From an uncultured Planctomycetaceae bacterium (GTDB lineage: Bacteria; Planctomycetota; Planctomycetia; Isosphaerales; Isosphaeraceae): 64,000 nt of DNA. The notes under the pieces are model-generated. The model did no database searches. It was given only the letters and a program-made list of their open reading frames with translations, and was not told the origin of the DNA. The translations under genes were made by a program, and so were the position numbers. Shown here piece by piece: positions 43,656 to 53,034 of this stretch (positions are counted from its first letter, which is position 1; the number at the start of each line of letters is the position of its first letter). The stretch is taken from positions 2,080,001-2,144,000 of the forward strand of contig CAWIAD010000001.1 of assembly GCA_963833985.1 (NCBI GenBank), read 5' to 3'.

Positions 43656-46600
43656 ATGGTTCGCTACATCATCACGTGGAGTCTGCACAACCGGCTGATC
43701 GTCCTGCTCGGCGTGACCGGGCTGATCATCCTGGGTCTGAACTCGGCCTGGAACCTGGATGTCGAGGCCTATCCCGACCCCACACCGCCGCTCGTGGAGG
43801 TGATCACCCAGAACCCTGGCGCCAGCCCTGAGGAAATGGAGCGGCTGATCGGCATTCCGATCGAGACCGTGCTCAACGGCATGCGCGGGCTCAAGTACAT
43901 GCGAAGCACGTCGCTGGCAGGGCTCAACGACATCAAGTGCGTCTTCGAATACGGGGCGGATTACTGGGCCGTCCGCCAGGAGGTGATCAACCGCCTCGGC
44001 TTCGTGAGCAACCTGCCGCAGGGCGTGACTCCGGGTCTTTCTCCCTGGAGCCCCACCGGAGAGATTGTCCGCTACGTCCTGGAAGGACCGAAGTACACGC
44101 TGAACCAGATCAAGGCGGTGCAGGACTGGGTGCTCACCCGTCAGCTCAAGCAAGTGCCTGGCGTGATTGACGTCACCGGTTTCGGCGGCACGGTGAAGGA
44201 ATACCAGGTGCTGCTGGACACCCGGCTGATGCAGCAGTACGGCGTGACCCTCGACCAGGTGGAAAAGGCGATACAGGGGGCCAACGCCAATGTCGGAGGC
44301 AACATCCTGACGCTCGGCAGCCAGGCCCACAATGTGCGGGCGCTCGGCCTCATTGGCGAGGGCATTGACAGCCTTGATCCGGCCAATGCCTCCCAGTCCA
44401 CCCGGCTTGAGGGAATCAAGGTCCATGACATCAACCGGGTGGTCATCAATACCCAGGCCGACGGCACCCCGATCTTTGTGCGGCATATCGCCAAGGCCAT
44501 CGTCGGGCATCACCCCCGGCTCGGCCTGGTCGGCCGGGCGACCATCAATCAGAGCAAGGGCGGTAGCGCCAGCGATGAGGACGACGTCGTCGAAGGCATC
44601 GTCCTCATGCGGAAATATGAGAAATCCAGGCCGACGGCCGACATGGTGCTCCAGAAGCTGAAGGACATTGAACGCGAGAAGCTGCTGCCCGAGGGCATGA
44701 AGGTCACGCTCTTCAACAACCGCACCGACCTCATCGAGGTCACCACGCACAACGTGCTGCACAACTTGCTTTTCGGCATGGGTCTGGTGATCGCCGTGCT
44801 GTTCGTCTTCCTGGGAAACCTGACCAGCGCCGGGGTCGTGGCGCTGATGATTCCGCTGGCGCTCTTCTTTTCGGTGAGCGTCCTCTACGCCCGGGGCGAA
44901 TCGGCCAACCTGCTGTCCATCGGCGCCGTTGACTTCGGCATCATCGTCGATAGTTCGGTCATCATCGTCGAGAACATCTACCGGCACATCGCCACCCCGA
45001 GCGCTGACCGCAGCCGGAGCTGGATCGACCGCATCGCCGATGCGTCCCATGAGATCGAGCGGCGCTCTTCTTCTCCACCACCATCATCGTCTGCGCGTTT
45101 ATTCCACTCTTTTCCATGACGGGGCCTGAAGGGGCCCTCTTCGGCCCCATGGCCAAGACGTATGCGTTTGCGCTCTGTGGCGCGCTCTGCCTGGCGGTGA
45201 CGCTGGCGCCTGTGCTTTGCTCGTACCTGTTCCACGACGGCCTGCGCGAGAAGGACACCATCGTGGATCGGCTGATGAAGCTGCGTTACCTGCGGAACCT
45301 GAACCGGGTCCTGCGCTTCCGCTACCTCACCCTGAGCTTCATGTTCGCGCTCATCATCGTGACGGTCGTGCTGATTCCGCATCTCGGCGGCGAGTTCATG
45401 CCCCCGCTCGAGGAGGGGAACCTGTGGATCCGCGCGGTGATGCCGCGGACCACGTCGCTGGAGCAGGCCGCGAAGCTTGCACCCCGGCTGCGCGACGTGA
45501 TCACCACGATTCCCGAGGTGCGGGGCGTGATGTCGCAGATTGGCCGGCCCGACGACGGCACCGACGTCACGGGCTTCTTCAACATCGAGTTCAACGTGCC
45601 GCTCAAGCCGATGGAGCAATGGCGGAAGGATCGCTGGGGAAGGCCCATCTCCCGCGAGCAAATCCAGGACGAGCTGGCGAAGCGTTTCGACGAGTTTCCT
45701 GGCCTGAACTTCAACTTCTCGCAGTACATCCGCGATAACGTGGAGGAGGCGCTCTCGGGCGTCAAGGGCGCGAACTCGGTGAAGCTCTTCGGCAACGACC
45801 TGGCGCAGCTCGAGGAGATCGGCAAGCAGGTGCTCCAGGTGCTCAGAACCGTTCCGGGAGTGGAAAACGCGGGGCTCTTCCACATCGTCGGCCAGCCCAA
45901 CCTGGAGATCAAGATCGACCGCGACGCCTGCGCCCGCTACGGCGTGAACATCGCGGACGTCGAGGACGCTGTGCAGGTAGCCATCGGCGGCAAGGCCTTC
46001 TCGCAGATGGTCGAGGGAGAGAAGCTCTTCGACATCGTCCTGCGGCTCCCGCTGGAGGCGCGCGACGATCCGGGCGTGATCAGCCGGCTGCCGGTCAGCG
46101 TTCCCGGCAGCGGCCCCGACCAGCCGAGCTTCCGCATTCCGCTCTCACAGCTCGCCCAGATCACGCCGCACAAGCCGGGCGCCTCGTACATTTATCGCGA
46201 GAACAACCGCCGCTACATCCCCATCAAGTTCAGCGTCCGGGGCCGCGACCTGGCCTCCACCATCGCCGAGGCCAAGCGGAAGGTGGACGACCCGATCAAC
46301 GGCGTCAAGCGGCCGTCCGGTTACAACATCGAGTGGTCCGGCGAGTTCGCCCAGATGGAGCAGGCCAACAGCCGGCTGCTCTGGATCGTTCCGCTGTCAG
46401 TGGGCCTCATCCTCATCTTGCTCTACAGCGCCTTCAACAACTTCAAGGACGCCATGCTGGTGATGGTCAACGTCATCGAGGCCTCGATGGGGGGCGTCTG
46501 GGCGCTCTGGCTCACCGGTACGCCGTTCTCGATCTCGGCGGCGGTGGGTTTCGTATCAATCTTCGGTGTCGCCGTCCAGGACGGCGTTCTGTTGATCTCT

Positions 46601-46945
46601 TACTTCAATCAGATGCGGGCCGCCGGCCGCGGGGTGCGCGAGTCGATCCTCCGCGGAGCCGAGTTGCGCGTGCGGCCGGTGGTCATGACCTCATTGACCG
46701 CGGCCCTCGGCCTCTTTCCCGCGGCCATCGCCACATCGATCGGCTCGCAGGCGCAGAAGCCGCTGGCGATCGTCGTGGTCGGCGGCATGCTCGTGACGCT
46801 CTTCCTGACGCGCTACCTCATGCCGGTCCTGTACAGCTTCTTCCCCGGTCCGCGCGGGCACTCCGGGCAAGGAGACCTCGTCGAGGGATCTCACTACGCG
46901 GACCAGTTCCTGGCCATGCCCTCTCGGCTGGACCGGAAAGATTGA
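43656..46945 (+). CDS. CusA/CzcA-family RND efflux permease, one frameshift near 45062
   Basis: EAYPD, SANLLSIGAVDFGIIVD, then ALFFSTTIIVCAFIPLFSMTGPEG restored across the shift; FGVAVQDG, RVRPVVMT, QKPLAIVV. Confidence 0.92.
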
Positions 46946-47070
46946 AAATGGTGTGCTGATGCCAGTGCAATGGCACGGCCCCTCGCGTGCGCACGGAACG
47001 CGGAGCGAGGGGCCGATGCGGTCCTCATGGAATCACGCCCGCGACCCCGGGAGCAGGGGCAGGGTCCGCA

Positions 47071-49143
47071 TCATTCCTCCTCGCTGCCGGCCTCCTTGAG
47101 GCTCTCGAGCTCTTCGACCAGTTCCTTGACCTTACGCTCGAGCGCCTCGATGCGCGCGTCTCGGTCCTTCCGGACTGGCTTGACCCCGCTCTTCCTGGAT
47201 GCGGCCTTGGCCCCGACCCGCTGCTTGAGCTCCGCCTCGTGTTTCCTGGCCATGTCCTCAACCATGGCTTTCATCTTCTTCTCGAAGCCCGAACCCGGGC
47301 CGAACTGCTGCTTGATCTCCTTTTCAAAGCCCGAACCCGGGCCGAGCTTCTGCGTGATCTTCTTCTCGAAATCCGAGCCCGGACCGAGCTTCTCCTTGAT
47401 CTTCTTCTCGAAATCCGAACCCGGGCCGAACTGCTGATTGATCTTCTTCTCGAAATCCGAACTCGGGCCGAACTGCTGCTTGATCTTCTTCTCAAAATCC
47501 GAGCCCGGGCCGAACTTCTCCTTGATCTTCTTCTCGAAGTCCGAGCCCGGGCCGAGTTCCTTGGCCATCTTCTCGCCCATGGCTTTCATCTTCCGGGCGA
47601 ACTCGGATTCCTCACCGAACTGCTTCTCCATGTCCCGGGCCAGGATCTCCGCATACTTGGCATGCTCCGACTGGCTGAGCATTTTCTGCTTGATGTCCCG
47701 GGAGAGCTTTTCGAGTATCTCGGCGAGCTTTTTCTCAAAATCCGGGCCGAGGGCGGACTCGATCTGCTTGTCGATGTCCTCCGCCTCATGATCGCCCTTG
47801 GTTTCTGCCCTGGCAGAGTTCGATTTCGCCGGCTTCGTCCTGCTCTTCGCCACGTCCTTCCCTTGAGCACTGCCGGGGCCGTCCTCGTCGTCATCGTCCG
47901 GGGCAAGAGCAGCAGCCTTGTCCTCATCGGGTTCGCCGCGCTCGGCGAGCTCCGAGGATTCAGGGGAGCCGGCCCGCGCGGAGGCCTCCACACGCCGCGG
48001 CTCGTCAGTGGAGGCGAGGATTCCAGACGGCAGCGACGCGATGATCATGAGGCCGGCGGCCAGCATGGCCATGGGGGAGACACGGAGAGTCGCATGCTCA
48101 TGCAAGATCATGGTTAACCTCTTTTCAAAGAATTTGCCCGCCCCGCCGATACCCAGTGCGGGCGACGGCACCTCGGTCCTGGAACACTGCGCGCACACGT
48201 GGAGAAGGGCCTCGGCGTAGTCGAGCCGCTCCTCGGGGAGGGCCCACACAGCCCAGGCGTCACAGGACAGCTCGGCCTCGGCATCGAGCTGTCGGCAGAC
48301 GAACCAGTACAGCGGGTTCCACCACCAGAGCAGACCCGCCACCAGCTCCATGCGGCAAACCCAGGGATCGCCGCGCTTGATGTGGGCCAGCTCATGGGCG
48401 AGGATTCCCCTCCAGCGCTCGGCCGCAATCGACTTGACCAGGTCAGCCGGCACGAGCAGCCTGACCGGGCCCAGACACCAGAGCATGGGAGTTGTGATCT
48501 CCGGGACAAAGCAGATCTCGGGTACCTTCACCCGGAGCCGCTCGCCAATCGCCCTGGCTTCCTCGACCAGCCAGAATGGGGCCGGTGACGCTTCATCGAG
48601 CAGCCTCCGGAACCGGGCCAGCCGGTATCCCTGCAAGACCGCGATGAGGACGGCTCCGCAACCCCAGAGCCAGAGCGTGAGCCTGCCGATCGGAATCCCG
48701 GCGCGGGCAGTTTGTTTCCCTGGCGCGCCGCGAGCGGCCCGCGGCATTTCCGCCGGCTGCAAGACCGGGGCAGGGGCCGGCCCCTCGTTACGATTGGCGT
48801 TGCCGGCGACAGCAGGGACGTGATCCGGGTCCGATCCGGCCGTCGCCGTCGCCTCGCTGCGATCGCCGAGCGCTGCGCGGAGGGCGGCTTCCGCACTGGA
48901 GTCTTCGCCCGGCATCGCGGCAGGCCCCGCGATCATGCCGGCCCGAGCGCCACTCCAGGGCGACTGCGGCATGGGAAAACGCCAGGGTGATGCAACAATC
49001 GGAGGCATGATCAGCCTGATGAGCACCACCAGCCAGAACGCATGCCGTGCCGACGAATTGCTGAAAGGCAGCCGCCCGAACGCCCCGGCAAGAGCCGCCA
49101 GCCCCCCGGCCACGAGCGTCGTCTCGATCAACCACCCGAGCAT
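47071..49143 (-). CDS. BlaR1-like M56 metallopeptidase with repetitive C-terminus
   Basis: HAFWLVVL, HELAH zinc motif, WWWNPL, ELSCD, EKRLTMIL; directly downstream of a BlaI-type gene. Confidence 0.9.
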   Translation of the reverse strand: MLGWLIETTLVAGGLAALAGAFGRLPFSNSSARHAFWLVVLIRLIMPPIVASPWRFPMPQSPWSGARAGMIAGPAAMPGEDSSAEAALRAALGDRSEATATAGSDPDHVPAVAGNANRNEGPAPAPVLQPAEMPRAARGAPGKQTARAGIPIGRLTLWLWGCGAVLIAVLQGYRLARFRRLLDEASPAPFWLVEEARAIGERLRVKVPEICFVPEITTPMLWCLGPVRLLVPADLVKSIAAERWRGILAHELAHIKRGDPWVCRMELVAGLLWWWNPLYWFVCRQLDAEAELSCDAWAVWALPEERLDYAEALLHVCAQCSRTEVPSPALGIGGAGKFFEKRLTMILHEHATLRVSPMAMLAAGLMIIASLPSGILASTDEPRRVEASARAGSPESSELAERGEPDEDKAAALAPDDDDEDGPGSAQGKDVAKSRTKPAKSNSARAETKGDHEAEDIDKQIESALGPDFEKKLAEILEKLSRDIKQKMLSQSEHAKYAEILARDMEKQFGEESEFARKMKAMGEKMAKELGPGSDFEKKIKEKFGPGSDFEKKIKQQFGPSSDFEKKINQQFGPGSDFEKKIKEKLGPGSDFEKKITQKLGPGSGFEKEIKQQFGPGSGFEKKMKAMVEDMARKHEAELKQRVGAKAASRKSGVKPVRKDRDARIEALERKVKELVEELESLKEAGSEEE
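47263..47556 (-). repeat. Coding tandem repeat, 7 x 42 bp (14 aa)
   Basis: Consensus (F/L)GPGSDFEKKIK(E/Q)(K/Q), seven contiguous in-frame copies. Confidence 0.93.
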
Positions 49144-49188
49144 GTTGGGCCTCCACGCGGTCGGAGAAGATTCTGGGTATCCGGCTGG

Positions 49189-49593
49189 TCAACCCCTGGG
49201 TTTTCGTGATTTCCGGGCGCTCGCGGCCTCATCCAGCAAGCGCCGGAACCGTACCAGTTCCTCTTCCGAAAAGCGGTGGCCCTGCACGAGCGCCAGGACC
49301 AGCGGGGCAGTCTTGCCGTCGCACAGTTCCTCGGCGGCATCCTTCAGCCGGCGATCGAGCAGCTCCTCCCGCGTGACCGACGCCCGAAAGACGTGGGGCG
49401 TGACGGATGCGTCCGACTCGACATACCGTTTGGCTTGCAGCCTCTGCAAGAGCGTCGCCACCGTCGTGTAGGCCCAGGTACGTCCCAGCTGCGTGAGAAC
49501 CTCCCTGATCCCGCGCACCGAGGCCGGGCCGTGGTCCCAGAGCACCCTGAGAACCTGGCGCTCCGCCTCGCTCATCTCCGGCTGACCTGACAT
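49189..49593 (-). CDS. BlaI/MecI/CopY-family repressor
   Basis: SEAERQVLRVLW, WAYTTVATLLQRL, ELVRFRRLL; paired with the M56 gene. Confidence 0.92.
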   Translation of the reverse strand: MSGQPEMSEAERQVLRVLWDHGPASVRGIREVLTQLGRTWAYTTVATLLQRLQAKRYVESDASVTPHVFRASVTREELLDRRLKDAAEELCDGKTAPLVLALVQGHRFSEEELVRFRRLLDEAASARKSRKPRG

Positions 49594-49630
49594 GGCTGCT
49601 CCCGTACTTCCTGAAACCGATCGCCATTCT

Positions 49631-49676
49631 CTACAGGCTGTAGTAGGACGTTACTACAAACCGTAGGAGGACGCAA
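49631..49676 (-). promoter_or_regulatory. BlaI-type twin operators overlapping a sigma70 promoter
   Basis: Palindromes CTACAGGCTGTAG (49631-43) and CTACAAACCGTAG (49654-66) flank the -10 of minus-strand TTGCGT-N17-TAACGT. They resemble TACA/TGTA BlaI/CopY boxes. Confidence 0.75.
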
Positions 49677-49822
49677 GGGGCAATTCGCAGCTCTCTGGGA
49701 ATTCCTGGATTGAATCTCTGTTTTTCGGCATTGCATACTTGAGGAAGCGATTCAAGCTGAGAGGGGAGCAAGGCAATGCACGGGCGTTTTGCTGGTCTGC
49801 GCGCGGGCTCTGGCCCGGGGTC

Positions 49823-51685
49823 ATGGTCCTGGCGGGTCTCGCTCCCGTGGGCTTCGCGCAGACTCACGCCGCGAAGCCAGGGCGCCAGGTGGAAACACTC
49901 GGCCGCGGACTGGTCGCCCTCAGCGCGGGGCAGGGCCAGGTCTTTCTGAGCTGGCGACTGCTGGGGACCGAGCCCGATTCCATTGCCTTCAACGTCTACC
50001 ATGCACCGGCCGGCGGCGCGGCGAGACGGCTCAACGACCGACCCTTGACCGGAGCGACATGCTATGTGCACAAGATCAAGAGTCCGGGCGGGACGTACTG
50101 GATCAGGCCCGTGCTCGACGGTCGCGAGCTCGAGGACGGTCCCTCGCGCATGCTGGCCGCGGGCATGGCGGATCGACCTTACCTCACCATCCCGTTGCGG
50201 ACCCCGGAAGGCTACAGCCCGAACGATGCCTCCGTGGGTGACCTGGACGGCGACGGCGAGTACGAGATCGTCCTGCACCAGGCCGCCGGCGGGCGCGACA
50301 ACTCGCAGCGCGGGCAGACCGGTGAGCCTCTGCTTGAAGCCTACAGGCTCGACGGTACGTTCCTCTGGAGGATCAACCTCGGCAAGAACATCCGCGAGGG
50401 GGCGCACTACACACAGTTCCTGGTTTACGACTTCGACGGCGACGGCAGGGCCGAGGTGGTCTGCAAGACGGCCGACGGCACGGTCGACGGTCGCGGCCAT
50501 GTGATCGGCGATGCCCGCGCGGACTGGCGCAACCCGGCGGGGTACATTCTGGCCGGCCCAGAGTTCTTGACGGTCTTTGATGGCCTGACCGGAGGTGCCC
50601 TCGCCACGGCTGATTACCTGCCGCCACGTGGCGACGTCGGCTCATGGGGAGACACGTATGGCAACCGGGTGGACCGCTTCCTGGCGTGCGTGGCCTTTCT
50701 TGATGGAGTTCGGCCCAGCATCGTCATGTGCCGCGGTTACTACACGCGCACCGTGCTGGTTGCCTGGAACTGGAGGGACGGAACGCTCAGCCGGGTCTGG
50801 ACCTTCGACAGCGACGATGGCACTCCTGGCAACCGTTCCTACCGGGGGCAGGGCAACCACAACCTGAGCGTCGGCGACGTCGATGGCGACGGCAGGGACG
50901 AGATCATCTTCGGTGCCTGTTGCATCGACCACGACGGCAAGGGGCTCTACTCGACGGGATGGGGCCACGGCGATGCACTCCACCTCTCCGACCTTGACCC
51001 GGATCGGCCCGGCCTGGAGGTTTTTGACATCCACGAACGCCCCCGCCACCCCCATGGCGCCGAGTTTCGCGACGCCGCGACCGGCGCATTGCTCTGGAGC
51101 AAGCCATCGCCCGACGTGGGTCGCGGCCTGGCAGCCGATATCGACCCACGCCATCTCGGCTACGAAATGTGGGCGTCGGGCGCGGGACTCGCGGGACTGT
51201 GGGACGTGAAGGGAAGGTCGGTCTCCGACCGCAAGCCCCGATCGTGCAACTTCGCGGTCTGGTGGGACGGCGACCTGCTCCGGGAACTGCTCGACGGCAA
51301 TACCATCAGCAAATGGCAATGGAAGACCGGCTCGGAGACGACCCTGCTGCGTGCCGATGGCTGCATCGCCTGCAACGGAACCAAGTCAACCCCCTGCCTC
51401 TGTGCCGACATCCTGGGCGACTGGCGTGAAGAGGTCGTCTGGAAAACCACCGGCAACCGTGAACTGCGAATCTACACCACCACCATCCCTACCCTGGTCC
51501 GCCTCCCCACCCTGATGCACGACCATCAGTACCGGCTCAGCGTGGCCTGGCAGAATGTCGGCTACAACCAGCCCCCACAACCCGGCTATTACCTGGGCGA
51601 GGGCATGAGTGCTCCGCCTCGGCCCGCGTCCACGACACAATCACCCGCCGACACACAGCCTCTCCGCAAGACAGCCTTGCCATGA
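49823..51685 (+). CDS. Rhamnogalacturonan lyase, PL11 (YesW/YesX-like)
   Basis: ETLGRGLVA, SWRLLG, repeated GDLDGDG calcium motifs, NIREGAHYT, GQGNH, GHGDALH, WQNVGYNQPP. True start may be ATG 49776 with a nearby frameshift. Confidence 0.92.
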   Translation: MVLAGLAPVGFAQTHAAKPGRQVETLGRGLVALSAGQGQVFLSWRLLGTEPDSIAFNVYHAPAGGAARRLNDRPLTGATCYVHKIKSPGGTYWIRPVLDGRELEDGPSRMLAAGMADRPYLTIPLRTPEGYSPNDASVGDLDGDGEYEIVLHQAAGGRDNSQRGQTGEPLLEAYRLDGTFLWRINLGKNIREGAHYTQFLVYDFDGDGRAEVVCKTADGTVDGRGHVIGDARADWRNPAGYILAGPEFLTVFDGLTGGALATADYLPPRGDVGSWGDTYGNRVDRFLACVAFLDGVRPSIVMCRGYYTRTVLVAWNWRDGTLSRVWTFDSDDGTPGNRSYRGQGNHNLSVGDVDGDGRDEIIFGACCIDHDGKGLYSTGWGHGDALHLSDLDPDRPGLEVFDIHERPRHPHGAEFRDAATGALLWSKPSPDVGRGLAADIDPRHLGYEMWASGAGLAGLWDVKGRSVSDRKPRSCNFAVWWDGDLLRELLDGNTISKWQWKTGSETTLLRADGCIACNGTKSTPCLCADILGDWREEVVWKTTGNRELRIYTTTIPTLVRLPTLMHDHQYRLSVAWQNVGYNQPPQPGYYLGEGMSAPPRPASTTQSPADTQPLRKTALP

Positions 51686-51828
51686 ACCTCGTGGGGGTCC
51701 CCGGCGTCTTCGCCCACCCGCGCTGCGGAGCCGAGGCACTTCTGGTCTTCCCTGCCGCCACGCTGTAAATTGGGAGCAACTGCTCCTGGCTTGCTCTCTG
51801 GATACTGTGAAACGAGGAGTTTTGGTTT

Positions 51829-52845
51829 ATGATCATGCGTTTGGTACCTGTTTTCATCAGCTTCGTGATGATCTTCATCTCCGGCGCAGGCCGGCTCTCT
51901 GCGCAGGACGAGTTCGCGGGGCTGAAGACCTTCAGCTCGATCGGCAAGGGCTCGCCGGCGCTCGATGGTTACAAGGAGGCGGAACTGCTCGCCCACACGG
52001 GCAAGGGCTGCCTGACGCACATGTGGTTCGGGGGTGATTGGCCGGGATACGATCGCACGCGCCTGCGCATTTACGTGGACGGCGAATCGGAGCCGTCCAT
52101 CGACATGGAACTGGGTCTCGGCCACGGCCAGGCCTTCGAGCATTCCGGTCCGTGGGGCGGCGACCGGGTCGGCCGCACAGGGCAGCCCAGCGGCATCTAC
52201 AACACCTACAAGATTCCCTTCGGCAAGTCGATCCGGGTCACCGCCCAGCGCGACAAGGAGTCGCCATCAGCGTCGGCATTCTGGTGGATCATCCGCGGAA
52301 CGGAAAACCTGCCGGTGAGCATCGCGGGCGTGCGACTGCCGGAGACGGCCCGGCTCAAGCTCTACCGCCTTGAGAACTACACCGCCCGGCCGCTGGAGGA
52401 GTTCAAACTCTGCGACGTTGCCGGCTCCGGTGCCCTGTACCAGGTGACCATTGCCGCGAAGGGCCTGCGTCAGACCGGCGACTGGAAGAACCTGAGCTTC
52501 CTGGAAGCCTGCATGCGCGCCTATATCGACGGTGCCACCGAACCGATACTGCTTTCGTCCGGGCTGGAAGATTACTTTCTGGGCACTTATTACTTCAACA
52601 AAGGCCGGTATGCGAATAACATTGCCGGTCTTACGCATCTGGATGTGAAGGAACAAACCTTCTCGGCCTACCGCTTCCACGATACCGACCCGGTCTTCTT
52701 TCACTCCGGCCTGAAGCTGACGTGCCGTTGCGGCGAGAGCGAGGATGGCTCGAAACACGGCAAGACGGTTGGCGACCCGCCCGAGACGCGCTACACCACG
52801 TACACCTGGGTGTACTCATGGCCAGAGACAGGCGGCAGGCCCTGA
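51829..52845 (+). CDS. DUF2961 (GH172-like) secreted protein
   Basis: THMW, LRIYVDGE..PSI, IPFGKSIRVT, SGLEDYF, AYRFH.DPV.F. Confidence 0.8.
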   Translation: MIMRLVPVFISFVMIFISGAGRLSAQDEFAGLKTFSSIGKGSPALDGYKEAELLAHTGKGCLTHMWFGGDWPGYDRTRLRIYVDGESEPSIDMELGLGHGQAFEHSGPWGGDRVGRTGQPSGIYNTYKIPFGKSIRVTAQRDKESPSASAFWWIIRGTENLPVSIAGVRLPETARLKLYRLENYTARPLEEFKLCDVAGSGALYQVTIAAKGLRQTGDWKNLSFLEACMRAYIDGATEPILLSSGLEDYFLGTYYFNKGRYANNIAGLTHLDVKEQTFSAYRFHDTDPVFFHSGLKLTCRCGESEDGSKHGKTVGDPPETRYTTYTWVYSWPETGGRP

Positions 52846-53034
52846 GCAGATGGACATCCCGAGCCGGCTCAAGGCACGTTTCCAGCCCTACCCCCAGGGC
52901 ATCCCGCGGCGCCCCGCGGCAAGGATTCCTCGCTTGTTGACGTTTTCCCATACGAAGCAGGGCGATTCGACGATATAAGGAGCGTAGAGAGCAGGGTCCG
53001 TCGTATATTTTCGTGATCGCAGGAGCCCGATGGC

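Noticed and set aside
8084..45065. Programmed frameshifting or widespread pseudogenisation
   Set aside because: No slippery heptamers at the shift points and only one lesion per gene; sequencing error is the simpler explanation.
47263..47556. Regular 42-bp repeats as a possible CRISPR array
   Set aside because: The units are contiguous and in frame inside a CDS, with no unique spacers and no cas genes in the window.
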